Below are positions 12,614-25,726 of a stretch of DNA of 64,000 nucleotides, piece after piece. Made by a program: the position numbers and the translations under genes. How positions within the stretch are numbered: the stretch's first letter is position 1; each line of letters opens with the position of its first letter. The notes beneath the pieces were generated by a model. The model saw nothing but the letters and a program-made list of their open reading frames with translations. It was not told the origin of the DNA and ran no database searches. The stretch is taken from NCBI GenBank assembly GCA_964187785.1, contig OZ076414.1, positions 53,382,001 through 53,446,000 of the forward strand, written 5' to 3'. Source of the stretch: Amphiscolops sp. MND2022. Taxonomy: Eukaryota.

Positions 12614-14130
12614 TAAGATGGCTGTTATAAACTGCACTCTGATTGGCCAATTGACCATTGGTGGCTTAGCTAGTTATACTGGACAGGCAAGCATTTGAAC
12701 ACGTTTCCTTTCTTCCTGTCAGTATAGTTTGCTGTCAAATGTATTTTACATAAAGAATAACAAAACAATTCATCAATCAACATTACATATTCAAAATAAC
12801 ACTAAATGTTTGAAAGTTTTAGTTTTATAATGGGAGCGTCCCAGGTAGAGCAATTGGCCTCGTATGGTCAATTGTATAGACGTTGCCATCGCAGGCGGCA
12901 GCCTGCGACAGTAATGTTAGACAATTTCCGTACGTATTTTTAAATTTTTGGAAGTTATTTTTCATTACACAAAATGCGCAATCAAGTACCAAAATGGCCG
13001 TTTGCAAACCCAATACTCTTTTTCTACAATTTTCGCAAGTGTTCGTGAATATGATTATCCATGGAATGGAACAACAAAAGTTTCGGCTCCCAAAGTAATT
13101 TATTAGTAGTAACTTTGTTTCCAAGTTTGAGCGAAGAAAGGCGTGCAGTGAATTTAATAGCGGAGACGTCTACCGCTCGAGCATCAAAAAAATGTCGTAG
13201 CAACATAGACATAGGAGGTTTCCCGTTGACATAAAAGGAACTCTGGTGTTTCTTGTTTGGAAAGTGCAATGATGCGTCGTGAAAAAAACCTTTTTCAACG
13301 TTCTACAGATCCAAACAAATTCTGAAAATTTTTGGATGTTTTCATCGTTATGCACATCTACGATTTTCAAAAACAAAACGTCCATGGTTTTGGGAACCTG
13401 TTATCAAAAAATTGGAAGTGTGTTTTATAACGTTGTAGTCATATGCGCAAAAAAAGCAAAGACGCATCATTTCCCCAATTTATGGAATTTTAGTGGGAAA
13501 AACTATTAGGAAATGTTAGAATTGAAATGATTATCTATTCAGCATAATCGTTACTAGATAGACCCGATGTTTGAAAGAGAGTTTTGAGTTTTGTTCAGAA
13601 AAAGTCGCAGAATGTCCACAAAAGAACCAACTTTTCTCCAATTTCAATCGTGTTATGCAATTTCTGTATATTTTGGTGATAATAGTAAACCAGAGCGTTC
13701 GAAGACATAGTATTAGCGCCTTTAACATGTTTTTTTTCGAAATGAGAAAATTGAGGGTAATTTTTAAATGACACAAATAGTACAATCTAATGCCAAAAGG
13801 TCCATATGCGAAAGTTCTTTCAACATTTTTCTCTGAACATATTCTTTGAACATTTTTAGCAAGTTTTTGCAGATATTATGATCCACTGAGTTTAACAAAA
13901 TGTTCTGCTCCAAATTTTAGTTATTGGCAGCTTACATGCCAAAATGTGACCTAGAAAGTCGTGCAATAAAATTTAAAGGCGGAGAAGTTTTAACGCTCGA
14001 ACATCAAGAATAGCTAGTTTTCCATCAGAATGCAGACATTATGGACGCCCGCCGCGAACCAGCGATAATGATTGCCTTGGGAAGTTTCAAGACTTTACGA
14101 GTCCCCTAGCAGTGCTCGGTAGAGCTTAAG

Positions 14131-14610
14131 AAAATAGGCCCCTCCGGGGCTCAGTACTATTTCTGCTTTAATCTTTATTTTTTTAAAACAAAAAATCATT
14201 AATAAAAGAATCATATCTGGAATACCAATACACTCCTGTTTAATCATTACTTAGAGCACAATTAATCACTGTACAAGTTTACACCGCCTTTAATTCTTCT
14301 CGGACTAAAGAAAATATAACTAAGCGTAGACGAAGTTTCGCATTCGCATTTGAATGCAGGCGAAGCTCTCAACGAACGAATAATTAACACTCATTCGCTT
14401 CATCTCAATGACGTCAGCATACGAATGGATAATTACCACTCGCTCGTTCTATCGCACTAGAATTGAATTGTTGTCGGCAGCTTTCCCACGCTTACACTCA
14501 CTGCCGAACAAAATATCTGAATTATTCAGTAGGACGAAATTTGACGACTGAAAAAAAAAAGGACCAACTTTGAGGTTACAATAACATTCCTGCTAAAGCA
14601 GAAATATTAA
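14131..14610 (-). mobile_element. Helentron-type non-autonomous element (HINE/DINE-1-like), copy 2
   Basis: Direct repeat of 12135-12613; by eye it differs by one substitution and one poly-A length difference. Confidence 0.7.
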
Positions 14611-16258
14611 AAATGAGTTTATGACTGCACTCCAAAAATTGTGTTTCCTTTCTATATTTGAAACTTGTAACTTTCCGTCCCGATTAGCCCCCTGGATAAC
14701 ATGCGAGGCTGAACCCGCGATTGTCAAATTTTTGCAATTTGATTTTGCACACAGAGAGGTTTCGAAGAAAATGGTTTTGCAGGTCTGGTCCAGAACGTGA
14801 TAAATCCTTCTTACCAGTTCTTGGGAATCATCAGCAGTCGTTCGATACACAACTTAAACGAGTTGAAACCATTAGTTATTTGAGACACAACGGAACAAAA
14901 AGCACATTTTATGCATCCAAAATTAAGCGTGCTAACACTTCTCGTGATAATTGGACAAGATTCCTTATGTCTCAGCGCGCGTTTTTTTGGCTAAACTCTA
15001 CTTTTGCAGCAAAAAAGCAATACAAGGCTAAGCATACGTTAGATTCCGCTTTTGATATAAAATACACTGGAAATCAGTCAAACACTTTTTGAAACCGTTT
15101 CAGGGCATAACAGAATCGTGTAGGCTTTGGTTTGGCACAGTAAGAAAATGAAATGAAAAGACTGTTTTTGTTAGTTCGACATCTCCGGACAATGTTTTGA
15201 CATTCTGTTTGTTTTTTTTAAACTTTTGAAGAATCTTCATTTTTGGAAAATAAATTCGCTTTGCGGAATCAACTTTCCCTTTTATCTGCAAAACCATATC
15301 AGATCAAAGGGATGAAAAAGATAACTTCTCAAAAAATTGAATAAAAATGTGATAAAACTATTTGACTAAGTTTTTGATTGACAGTTTTGACGATTGTACG
15401 TTCCGTCACTATATTGGGTTTTTTTTTCATCAGTCGACTCAGCGTGCTATCGCTATATTGACTCCTCGAACACCAAAATGCAGTACCTTGTTCAATATGA
15501 CACCGCATTTTTAGTCGGCGCATTTTTTTGCTAGTTTGAGTTTACCAAAAACCTTTTTAAAGTCATTATTATTCGCATGTTTTACGGTTCAGGTTCATCC
15601 GTAATAGACTCTGCCGAGTTCGTTCCAAACAGTATCATAGTACCAGAACTTTTGTTGATAGACATTACTTTGAAGAATCAACTCATTACATGTGTCTTCG
15701 TGAATAGTTTAGCTTCAAAAGCAGATGGTACAAAAGAAATTGTTTTTTGGTAAATTTAGTTCTTTCTTACCTTTAGCCTTAGATCAGAAACAATGAAGAA
15801 ATCTTCGACTTATTCTACGTTATATAACGAAACTAGTACCGAACGTATCATTTATTTAATGACTACAAGCATTGAAAAAGAAAGGAAATACGGGATAGCT
15901 TTAAGAAATTAATGTTGGTTCTCTGGGGCGAAGACATTAGAAGAACTGATCAGCTCATTCTTTGTCCCTTTTGTTTGAACTGTGTATTACTTCTGTAATG
16001 ACATACAGCTGAAATAACTTCGTCTTCATCAACACTTTGGTATCCCAAACAAGAGTGACATTAGGCCTAAACTCCACTATTATTTTCCGACCCCACATTT
16101 TAAAATGGGGGAGGAAAATTATTATCTGTGTTGCGTTTTTTTTCCAAATTCTGCCAAAACTCCACTTGCTCACTTGCTGCATTCACTTAAGTGTTGCTGC
16201 ATTCATCTAGAGTGGGGAATAGAATCTTAGAAGGGGAATAATATCTAAAGTCAAAAAA

Positions 16259-16330
16259 GGGAATAAGATCTAAAGGGAATAATATCTAAAATCACTTAAT
16301 TTTAGATATTACTCTTTAGATCTTATTCCC
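16259..16330. repeat. Short foldback: ~33-bp imperfect inverted repeat with 6-nt loop
   Basis: GGGAATAAGATCTAAAG...ATCTAAAAT-cactta-ATTTTAGAT...CTTTAGATCTTATTCCC; one more direct copy of the arm motif lies just upstream. Confidence 0.8.
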
Positions 16331-18195
16331 GCTCCCAAAATAGCAATGGCTCAGTTGGTGAAGGCGAAAAGGGAGGAAAATATCCCGGTGCTTAGCGGGC
16401 GTCTTATTCTTGCGCAGTGTGTCTGTTAATTTTTAATTGTGAACTTTTCTCGTAAAACAGTCTGATCTTATTCAGTGCAACAGTATAGCGTTGAAACAGA
16501 ATTCAAGTTGTCAGGAATTAGTTGATGGATTCCTCGGGAAAAACTGAGAAAAGTCAACTTCGGAAATTAGCGCTCCAGTCGAAAGCAATTCAGCAATACT
16601 TTTTCGATTAATGCATTCAAGTTTTTTATTGGTGACAGATTGCGTTGCTTGATTGCAAGAGAAACATTTTCAGAGGAAAACAATTTGACTGCGTGATAAG
16701 ACTTGACTCTTATATTGGAAATCATGCATTTTTGAAACGTAGATAAATATCCTAAAGAAAAAGTACCGCGTACGATATTGTGTAGGAGAAGTGAATTTGA
16801 GAATCAATAGAGTTCTATCGTTTAATTCTAGATAGACTTCTAATTTTTTTAGCTTTTGAAATTTGCCAACATGCAAACCAAAAGCGTTTCACTTAGACCG
16901 TACTAATCCAGGACTATAACTTTTATTTGAATTGAGGACAGTTATCCCGTACACTTGAAAAAAATAGCTACTTAGTATCTCAAGAAAGGACCGCGTTATT
17001 TTTGTATAGTCTCAGGCTTTATTTGTCAACACGCCAGGCCACTGGAAACTTCTCAAGTCATCCAATAACTTTGAGTCAAACATACCTGCCAATTCATTCC
17101 CAGAAAGGCTGCAGACTTGATATTGCAGCAAAAATATCAATTCAAATGATTGACCGGTTGAAATGAGATTTTCAGGGAATTACTGACGAGTATTCCGTTT
17201 TCTGGCAATCACCAAAAAATTGAGGTAATTTAATAACATTCTAATTTTTTTCTATATCTGATTCTTTGTCATTGAAGTAAACTAGCTGCGCAAAAAACGG
17301 GACATTCTAGTGTTTTTTGTGAAGAATAAATCGGTAGTTCGTTTGACGGTACAAATAGTTAAATTCCGTAGAGTACATGCACCGATGTCCATTGATTGCG
17401 TGAGTAGTTGTCACCGTCTGGAGACAGGAATTGGTCCACATCTGATCAAAACCCTCTACTGTTGATTTTCGCAATCGGAAAGAAATGGTGAAAGATGGAT
17501 TCGGATTCCGAGATCATTGACATGAGATTCCATAAATGTGTCCCGTTATCCGAATCACCAACAGTGAACTAAATCACCAAACGGGGTTTAGCAATCGGTG
17601 ATGCAACATGTACGGAAGTTGTCACAAACATTTGGCCGAATTTCGGTTTGGCCTTTCTCGCTGTAAATATAACGTTTCCTAATGCTTTAATAGGAGCCGC
17701 AGAGTATCACATTTATTTGGATTTGCTCTTGTATCCAGTTCAAACTATTTCCGAGATAACTCATCGAGCAAAAATGAACCCAAAAAAGCATTACTGCCGG
17801 AAACAATCTTTTGTTGAATCACTTCCATGCAAGTCATTTTAAGTTTGGTAAGAATTTCAAGGAAAGTTCCGAGAAAATTCATAGAAAAGACTCCCAGGAA
17901 GGTTTCCTATATTCTAGAAAACGGAGAGCAATAGATCGATCATCTACTATCTTACATTTGCACATGAACATAGGCATTGATCAGATAGTTCCAATATGAC
18001 GAAGAGCGAACATTCGATCATTTAAATGACAATCTTTTATTTGAAACAACGTTAAACACAGACGCAAAGCCGTGCTTCGCAAACACTTGCGAAGCAAGTA
18101 GCGAACTTTTGAAGATAAAACCATGTGGATGAGGAATATCATATGGAGAACCGTTAAGGAGCCGGAAAATTTTTCCACTTCTTGATCAAATTAAA

Positions 18196-18700
18196 ACAAA
18201 CCGTGAACGGCCCAAGTCGGTGCCCCTGTCAAGGATTAAAAAAAGTAGTTTTTCAAATATGCAAAAGGACCCTATTGGTAAAATGTCATCAATTTTAAAG
18301 TGCCAAAAAACAAGCGAAGAGATACGCATGAGACTCGAAAACCGTCTTTCTCAGCTGGAAACCTTTCAAAAAAAAACTTTCGTAAGAAAAATTTTTTTTG
18401 AAGGTCTCCGGTAAGTCGCATAATGCCGAAAACCCTAAAGAGTCTTTTATGCTCGCAAAACGTTTCGTTTGTAGTAAAAGGGGGCTTCGATGAAAACAAG
18501 TTAGAAAAAAGTCGCATAGAAAAACACCTGTCTTAAAAAAACGATATTAAAAAGTTCGGATATATATTCATTTTGAAAAATCTCAATGCCGAAAACTATG
18601 AAAGGGTGACCATTTGCGATTTTTTACCATCCATTCTGTTGCAAATTATCAAGAAATTGAAACGTGACCCTTGGATACTTTAAAAAATTCCGGAATTTTG
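18196..18700 (+). repeat. Dispersed repeat related to the 23.2-kb and 43.4-kb HINE-like family; right end approximate
   Basis: Starts ...acggcccaagtcggtgcc..., with internal atgccgaaaa...aaagg units shared with 23214-23720 and 43398-44046. Confidence 0.5.
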
Positions 18701-18871
18701 AAAACGATCCGGTCGGAATTATGCCGGAATTCTGAGAAACGGTTCCACCCGGAACTTTGCTCATTCTATACGAAACTAAATTACATATTTCTGAGAAATT
18801 GTTTTTATTTACACGGTTTTAATAAAAGGGAACATTCACAGTCTCTTCGTAGTTTCTCTTAGAAATGTGTA

Positions 18872-19533
18872 CAGTAGTGATATTAAAAGCAACAAAAGGC
18901 AAATCTCAAAATCGAATATCTCTGAAATAGCAGCGAATTTTGAAAAATGATAAAAGTGAAAGTTTCGTAGATTTTCATCTAGTTTACAAATGTTTGTTTG
19001 AAAATTATGCGATGAAAATTGTAGAAGTTACGATAGGCCATTTTAGCCAAATTTAGGCCAAAATTGAGGTTTTTCTCACTTTTGACATACTTCTGCTCAA
19101 ATTTTTTGAAAAATTTTATGTTCAATTGGCACCCCTGATTTAACTGAAGCCCCTGATTTGCTTTGATTAAGAAATCATTTTAAAATCGCAAAGAAAATAC
19201 GCTGTAAAATTGAGTTTTTTTCGAAAATACATGTATTAAGATACGATTTTGAAATATACCCACTTAAAACAAGCTCGTACTAATACAACTTACATCAATA
19301 TTTTCGAGAAAAAATTATATTGTCAGATTCGAAATGTTTGGGAGAATTTTTCTGTCAAAATTATTTTGAAATCAAAAAATTGTAAATGGGTCAAAAATTC
19401 AAAAAACTAAAAATTGATGTTTTAGAAATCGCTCTCCACCAATGAAATGAGCGCGTGAGACGTTATTTAGCCAATGAGATTTGTTTATTTGCTCTTTCCG
19501 CGTGCTTTGTTGCTTTTAATAATATCACTACTG
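18872..19533. mobile_element. Tc1/mariner-type MITE, 662 bp
   Basis: TIRs CAGTAGTGATATTAAAAGCAACAAA and TTTGTTGCTTTTAATAATATCACTACTG, flanked by TA on both sides; no ORF. Confidence 0.85.
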
Positions 19534-20029
19534 TATATACCTGTGAATGTATGTGAATGAAAAGCGGAGTCGATTAATTCCAAAAAATAGCGAGAAACTT
19601 CTGTTTCTTCATCATAACCTGAAGGAAAAATAAATCTTGAAATTGAGTTTTCTGAAACAAAAACTGTTTTTACAGAGAAAAATATTGCTTAGAAAATCCG
19701 GCCGGAATTATTTTTGTTCCGGCCGGATACCGGAACCAGAAAATTTCCTGTTCCGGCCGGATAATAATTCCGGCACATCCCTACTAGAAGTATACCTTTA
19801 AACGTGAAATGGACATTGTCAATGCAGCTAAAGGTTTAGTTTAAAAAAATCAGGATTAGAAAGTGCAGATGTAACGATTAGCATCGGAAAAATAACGCCA
19901 AACGCACTAAGGAAACATATCTTTTCCTTTCGGCTATACACTTGAGAACGAATCAAGGTTGTGATTTTTTTTGTAAATTATGTAAAAAATGAAAACGAAA
20001 AACAAACATCTGCAAATTATTGAGTTATA

Positions 20030-20467
20030 TCAATTATTGAATTCAGCAAGTCTCTGTATTTTCAAGTCAATGCCTTCTTTCAGATGGTCGATCTTCAAGG
20101 TGTTAATGTAAACTGAACCTTCGTGGGGGTGATTGGAGCTGACTTTCTGCAAATACGTCAACTCTGTCGAAACAATTTGTTGAAAAGTTTTCACTGCGTT
20201 TGAGAATCTGTTCAACCGATCATTGCAGTCGGAAACTACGGACGAGTTTGGAGAATCGTTTTGATTCAGGTTCTGAATGAAATTTTTGGCTTCTTCGGCT
20301 ATCAACACAATTTGTTCGTCTGCTAAATCTAGTCTTTGGAGACGTTCTTCTAAAGGCACTGAAGTTTCGACATGCTGAGAATGCGAGGTTGACATATTGG
20401 CTGGTTCTGTGGGCAGGTTTGCAACTGCAGTGGCTGCATTAGCAGTTGAGTTATTCCGACGACCCAT
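20030..20467 (-). CDS. MED11: Mediator of RNA polymerase II transcription subunit 11 (start codon uncertain: 20467 or a downstream Met)
   Basis: EERLQRLDLADEQIVLI...FSNAVKTFQQIVSTELTYLQKVSSNHPHEGSVY matches the MED11 signature (ERL..L..IE..I; YL.QV....PHEGS.Y). Confidence 0.85.
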   Translation of the reverse strand: MGRRNNSTANAATAVANLPTEPANMSTSHSQHVETSVPLEERLQRLDLADEQIVLIAEEAKNFIQNLNQNDSPNSSVVSDCNDRLNRFSNAVKTFQQIVSTELTYLQKVSSNHPHEGSVYINTLKIDHLKEGIDLKIQRLAEFNN

Positions 20468-21115
20468 TGCCACAAATCTAAAAATACTTTGCGTTTCAAT
20501 AATTCGTGCAAGGCTAGTACATATTAGACGAAACGTCCATTTCAATACATCTAAATATGATATCTCCAAATTCATGCGAATTTGATCCTATAAGTTTACA
20601 AGAAACTCAAATGTACTCTAATTAAAATAGCGAAGGAAGACATTTTTTCAAATACGCGGCGGTTTTTTGAGTATTTTGACATTATATTTATCGTCCGAAA
20701 CTTTTGTCACAAATCGGAGTGCGAAACATTTCTTCCACTACTGTAAAGGACTATTACATAAGGAACAGAATCAGCCGAATAAAGGCATCGGAAAAAATCA
20801 TTTTTAGCCGCTTTGAAAAACTCAAAGAGTTCTGTCGGGATTAACAGTTACGGTTTACAAATTCTCCATTACCTTTAAAGCCAGCCTCAATTTCTGGAAG
20901 TTTTATTTAATTTACAACGCACCAAGGAATCCAAGCTCTGTGAACGATAACCCTTCCCCGATCTTTCAACCCTCTGGTAAAAATAATGACCAAAAGTAGC
21001 GTTCAGGATTTATTAAAATATACGTAATAAATGGGAACGGGATCTCAATCAATTCATTCATGCATTGTTCAACAATGTAATCACATCTATGTTATCATCA
21101 TTTCATCACAAATTC

Positions 21116-23001
21116 TCAATCACTGCCAATTCTTTCATAAAAGTATAGATAACCCAAATCTTTAGGAACATTAGAACTAACTACAACTTTTTCATCATTG
21201 AACAACACCCATCGGTCTTGTATCTTTATATGAGCCACGTAATGCCCACAAGACGCTGATGGCCCCATGTGGCTGACGAAGGACAACAATTTGTATTTAG
21301 CAGGGTTCATGTCGATTTGAATTTGCCTGGAACCCGATGGCGGCTGAGTATCTGCTTCTTTAGGCTGATTTTGTTCCGGTTGCATGCTCTCTTCAAGATG
21401 ACTGAATATCCAATCTATTGCTCTTTCCACGTCATTGTTTGTGTTTTTCAAAGCGTTCACTGCTTGAATACGTTCGAATCCCATCGACATCACTAGCGCA
21501 ATTGATTCCTCGGAGACTTGAGTGCCTGAATTTTGGCTATTGTTTGAAGAACCGGATGAGTTTGGCAAGTTAAAGGGATCATTCAAATCCGGGTCTTCCA
21601 GGTGCATCATTAACCATTCAAGAGCCTGTTCAACTCCGGCGTTCTTTGAGTGATAACAGGCTCTTTTGCAGGCTTCCGTGGAAAAGCCCATGCTAGTCAG
21701 GCCAGATATTATGGAATCACTGAACTGGAATTCAGGAGCACTGGATGTCTCTGGCATCAAAACCTCATTATCCGACTTTGGAATTGATCGCAAAGACGAC
21801 AAATCAATCAGTTCCGGCATGTCTATTGAAACTTCCAGTTTGGTAGGTCTCCAATCTTCCGAAACTGCAAATCTACGGACATGAACAACCAGAAACTTTG
21901 GGAAAGTTGTCATGGAAGTGAATTTAGATGCTTGCACTAAAGAATTCCCAGCAGCTGGGCTTCGAAAGTTTTCAATGACTTGTTTGTCACTGAAACTTGT
22001 CAGCAGGGCTGATAGAGGCACTTTGGGTATCACGATCTGAGATACATCTGGGTCCTTGCCTTCACTCTTGAGTTGCGCCTTCAACTCTTCAAACTTCTTC
22101 ACTTCGTCTAAATTTATGGCTTTATCCATTGGCACAAACAAAGATAGCATGTTATCTTTTCTATTGTCATATCGCACCGTTTTGCTAACTTCACACACTA
22201 TTTTCTCCTGAATGGTGAACTGGAACTGCTTCGTGAAATCTTCACCAAAGAGGAGAGAATTCTTTTCCACCAATGAGAAAAAATGCAGCATAAACTCCTG
22301 AGCATCTTGCTGGTTGCCGGTGCTAAATTCCACGTGGTTCCTACCTACACATCGTTTGAACGACAGGGGCGAAATTCCTTCAATAAACGACTCAGATTTC
22401 TCAGGGGTCGAATACATAGCTGACTTCAAACCATGGAACAATTTCGAAGTCTGGAAACTAACATTATTGTGAATGTCAATCGAAAGCGGATTGAGAGTAT
22501 CACAAAAACTGGAAAATGCGTTTGTATACAAGGATGAAATGGATGGAATATGATAAAGAACTTGCATCACGGACGCTACGTAACATGTGTTTCCCAAATT
22601 TCGAATGCCAGTGTAGTCTTCCCCGTACAACCTTTCGAGATCCGACCCCGACTCGGTTAACAATTGCCATTCATAACTTTGATTCAGCTCTAGCTCCATT
22701 TCAGCCACAGTTTTATCAGATTTGATTAAATTGGCGACATCAATTCCGAAATGTTTCAAGTGCTTGGCTAAGTCGGGGTCTTCCACCATGTCATCTTCGG
22801 GGTACGAGAAGACATCGCCTTTTCCATCGGCAGTGATTGTTCCCAGTTTCACTGCTAGGGGGTAGCTTGTTTCCTTGTAATAATCAACTGCATGGTTATT
22901 TCCACCCGAGCCATCAAAAAACTTACGCCCACATAAAATTGCACCATCGGTAAGATTGAGCCAAAGGTTCGTCGTAAGGTCACATCGCTCACATTTCCAA
23001 C
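21116..23001 (-). CDS. USP5: USP5/13 exon 3 of 3 (ZnF-UBP, catalytic domain, two UBA domains); spliced product 806 aa
   Basis: GWKCERCDLTTNLWLNLTDGAILCGRKFFDGSGGNNHA; Cys box GIRNLGNTCYVAS; His box SCGHYVAHI and FNDEKV; two UBA motifs, SMGF...ALEW and SMGF...AIDW. Exons sum to 2421 nt = 807 codons. Confidence 0.95.
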
Positions 23002-23213
23002 CTGACAGTAGTGATGACGATCGAAAAAAATAGAAAAAACGATATTGCTATTATAAAATTTGGTTATAAAAAAGCCTAACGTTAGTAATGTTACACAACA
23101 TTGTATATCTTAAATACAAAACTGGTCAACTACCTAATTAAGTTGAGCTGAATAAATTGAAATACTTGCAATGTGTGGACTTGCTTTCTTCAATCGTGCA
23201 GTTTTTTTCGGAA

Positions 23214-23720
23214 ACAAGACGAGAAAGCCTAGAGTTGGCGCTATATCTAAGGCTCAAAAAGCGCAAAGTTTTAAAATATGCCCAGGACGTATTATGAAAA
23301 GTTCAGAAAACAGTTTCGAGACACCCAAAGGGCGCCTTTCATGCTGGAGACTCGGAAATCAGTTTTCCCCAAGTGGTAACAAAAGACTGTTTTTGAGAAA
23401 AAAACTTCGGACTTTTTTCTTTTGGAAAGTGTCACATAGTGCCGAAAAATGTAAAAGGGGGCCCCTTGGGGTTAATTAACACTCATTCAGTTGCAAAATA
23501 TCAAAAAGTCACACAGTGCCGAAAGAAATCGAAAAGGGGACCCTTTAGTCTCGTCCGGTTCTGTAGGTTACGTTTAAAAAAGTAAAAAATGAAAAGGGGG
23601 ACCCTTCGCACTAAGTTTGCATTGGCCGGACTTGACATTGGTGGTTTCAAGTTTCCCTAAAAAGTGGACCGATCAGTGTGAGTCTGAAGGAAAAAAGTCA
23701 CTGTAAGAGTCGGGCATTTT
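23214..23720 (+). repeat. HINE-like dispersed repeat in USP5 intron 2
   Basis: ACAAG...AGTTGGCGCTATATCTAAGGCTCAAAAAG start and internal gtcacacagtgccgaaa...aaggggaccct tandem units, homologous (reverse complement) to 43398-44046. Confidence 0.6.
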
Positions 23721-23793
23721 AGAAGGTAAGAAAATTAGTAAGGCTGTCAGTGAATTAATTAACCCTGTTTACAACAACAACCGTCATCACTAC

Positions 23794-24122
23794 CTGAAGG
23801 GGGTATTTTCTTATCAGTGGGAAGTTGTTCTAATTTAACAGAAGTCACTTTCCGTTTCTCTCCGTCCCACTCAAGAGGCAAGGACGAAGCTCTGGCTGAA
23901 TGAGACTCTTTCACATACTTTACATTCTGTCGCACTATTTCGGGCAAGTTATCGTCTTCAATTTCAAAGTATTTATCTTCAGGCAGCAAATAAACTCTAT
24001 AAATTTCTTCATACTCGAACTCCGTTTCTTTGCCGCCAGAAAATCCTCCTTCAATGCCGATTCCAAGTTTGGTGGGCACAACATCAGAGTCGTTCTTAGG
24101 GGCTTTGCACTTTTTGATACGC
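23794..24122 (-). CDS. USP5: USP5/13 exon 2 of 3
   Basis: TTTCAG acceptor joins in frame to give PLFLNYR|RIKK...PTKLGIGIEGGF...WDGEKRKV...KKIPPS; phase-1 donor at 23793. Confidence 0.9.
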
Positions 24123-24907
24123 CTGAAATGGAAAACATTCAAAGCTCAAATAAATTTTGAGTTATACGTCACTCAACTCAATATTTCATTGCGAAACTTC
24201 CAAACAGGAGCGGTCAGATTTCTGACACCCACGAATGAACGATTCAACTTTTTTATAGCGACAAACCGCCCGCGCAAATTCACGAAAGTTTACCCAGAGA
24301 TGTGCAATTTTTCAACACGGTTGTTATCAACGGTGCTATTAACAACGTTATCAAAATGTGTTTGACATCAATGCTAGAAATGTTTGTTTTTAAAAAATGA
24401 TTGACACAACATGTGCATTCTTCAAGACTATGTCTGGTCATGAACATGATGCAATTTGGGCTGAATTTACAGATATTAGACTGGGGAGAGTTTAATGTTT
24501 GCAGTGCACTGTAACTATGAACTTTCTCTCAAGCAAAATCGCACCACGACGAAAAACACGAGACTACATAACATACAAAACGACTGGAATTTCAAAACGA
24601 AAGTCAGTGGTTAATTCTACAAACGTTGAGTTTATCGCATGATCAACGGCCAAAATAAATAAATCTTTTGACCGAGTTTGCTGAGTTTTGACTAGAATGA
24701 GTTTGCTGATGCGAATGCCGATTTCCTGGACTTTATAGATGGTTATAATTTGCGATTAAAAGAAGCTGACGATAAGTTTGAAGCCCATAATAATCCGAAG
24801 ATGAAGACTTGCATGCGATCACAAAGTATTAGCGGAAATCTTCCAAATTCGCTTCTCAAGATCAGTGATGTCCAAAATGTACTGGTTCCGCTGTACTTCT
24901 AGCGTTA

Positions 24908-25075
24908 ACAAGACGGGAATGTCTAAAGTAGGCGCTATATCTAAGGCTCAAAAAGAGAAGTTTTTCTCGTCCAAGAAGCGCAGCTGAAGCGTTAGCCAAT
25001 CATAAGCGCAACAAGCAATAAGCGCTGAAACCTAGTTCACTGTTCAGTATGTAAACGAAACACTCATACAGTAAC
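24908..25075 (+). repeat. Short or truncated member of the same HINE-like family; right end approximate
   Basis: ACAAGACGGGAATGTCTAAAGTAGGCGCTATATCTAAGGCTCAAAAAG shares its terminus with 23214. Confidence 0.5.
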
Positions 25076-25113
25076 TTTCATAATTTCTAGACATCAAAAG
25101 CGAAAAGGAGAGC

Positions 25114-25176
25114 AGTAGTAAATGTACGTGGCATTATATGTGGGGGGGGGGGGGTTGAGTGAGTAACCGAATATGG
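25114..25176 (+). repeat. Left terminal inverted repeat (63 bp)
   Basis: AGTAGTAAATGTACGTGGCATTATATGT-G13-TTGAGTGAGTAACCGAATATGG. Confidence 0.95.
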
Positions 25177-25192
25177 TCATAACACGGACTCC

Positions 25193-25448
25193 AAATGACG
25201 TCATGATTGCGACACAATGACGTAACCGAATGCAAAACATTTAGAATAACGTCACCAATCATTACATTTCATTGGTTGACGAAAAAAAACGACTAACAAA
25301 AGTGGAATGGTTTTTGTTAAAAATAACGCAGACTTCAAATAACGTCATGATTGCGACACAATGACATAACCGATTGCAAAAAAAACATTTAAAATGACGT
25401 CATCAATCATTACATTTCATTGGTTGACAAAAAAGAGCGACTAACAAA
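25193..25448 (+). promoter_or_regulatory. Tandem ~110-bp duplicated subterminal element with CRE and CCAAT-like motifs (putative promoter/enhancer)
   Basis: Two diverged copies (~25193-25300 and ~25338-25448); TGACGTCA at 25196-25203 and 25395-25402; CCAATC and ATTGG motifs. Confidence 0.45.
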
Positions 25449-25726
25449 ATGGTTTTTTCCATTGAGCCAAGCAAAAACTGAGTCTAAATAAAGATAGTTT
25501 TCTTGGTGATAAAGTAGTACTTTGCACAAATCCTAATTATCTTGCCTTCTTCCTTCTAGTGGGATCTGTTGGTATCCAGGTTTGAGCCTCAGAACATCCT
25601 CAATATTCTTTCCTAGTATTTGTGCAAGGGCTACTTTTCGACAAAAAAACACTGTTGGTTCAAAGCGAAAAGTGTAAATTCTCTACATTAGTGTTTTCGT
25701 GAATACTACTTCGAATTTAAAGATTT

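Noticed and set aside
12135-14610. 480-bp direct repeats as LTRs of a small LTR/TRIM element or the Gypsy 5' LTR
   Set aside because: No TG...CA termini, PBS or PPT; the subTIR plus hairpin structure fits Helentron-type elements better.
15560-15830. Possible spliced exons of an unannotated gene on the minus strand (GTAAG donor near 15770)
   Set aside because: No splice phase gave a continuous open frame.
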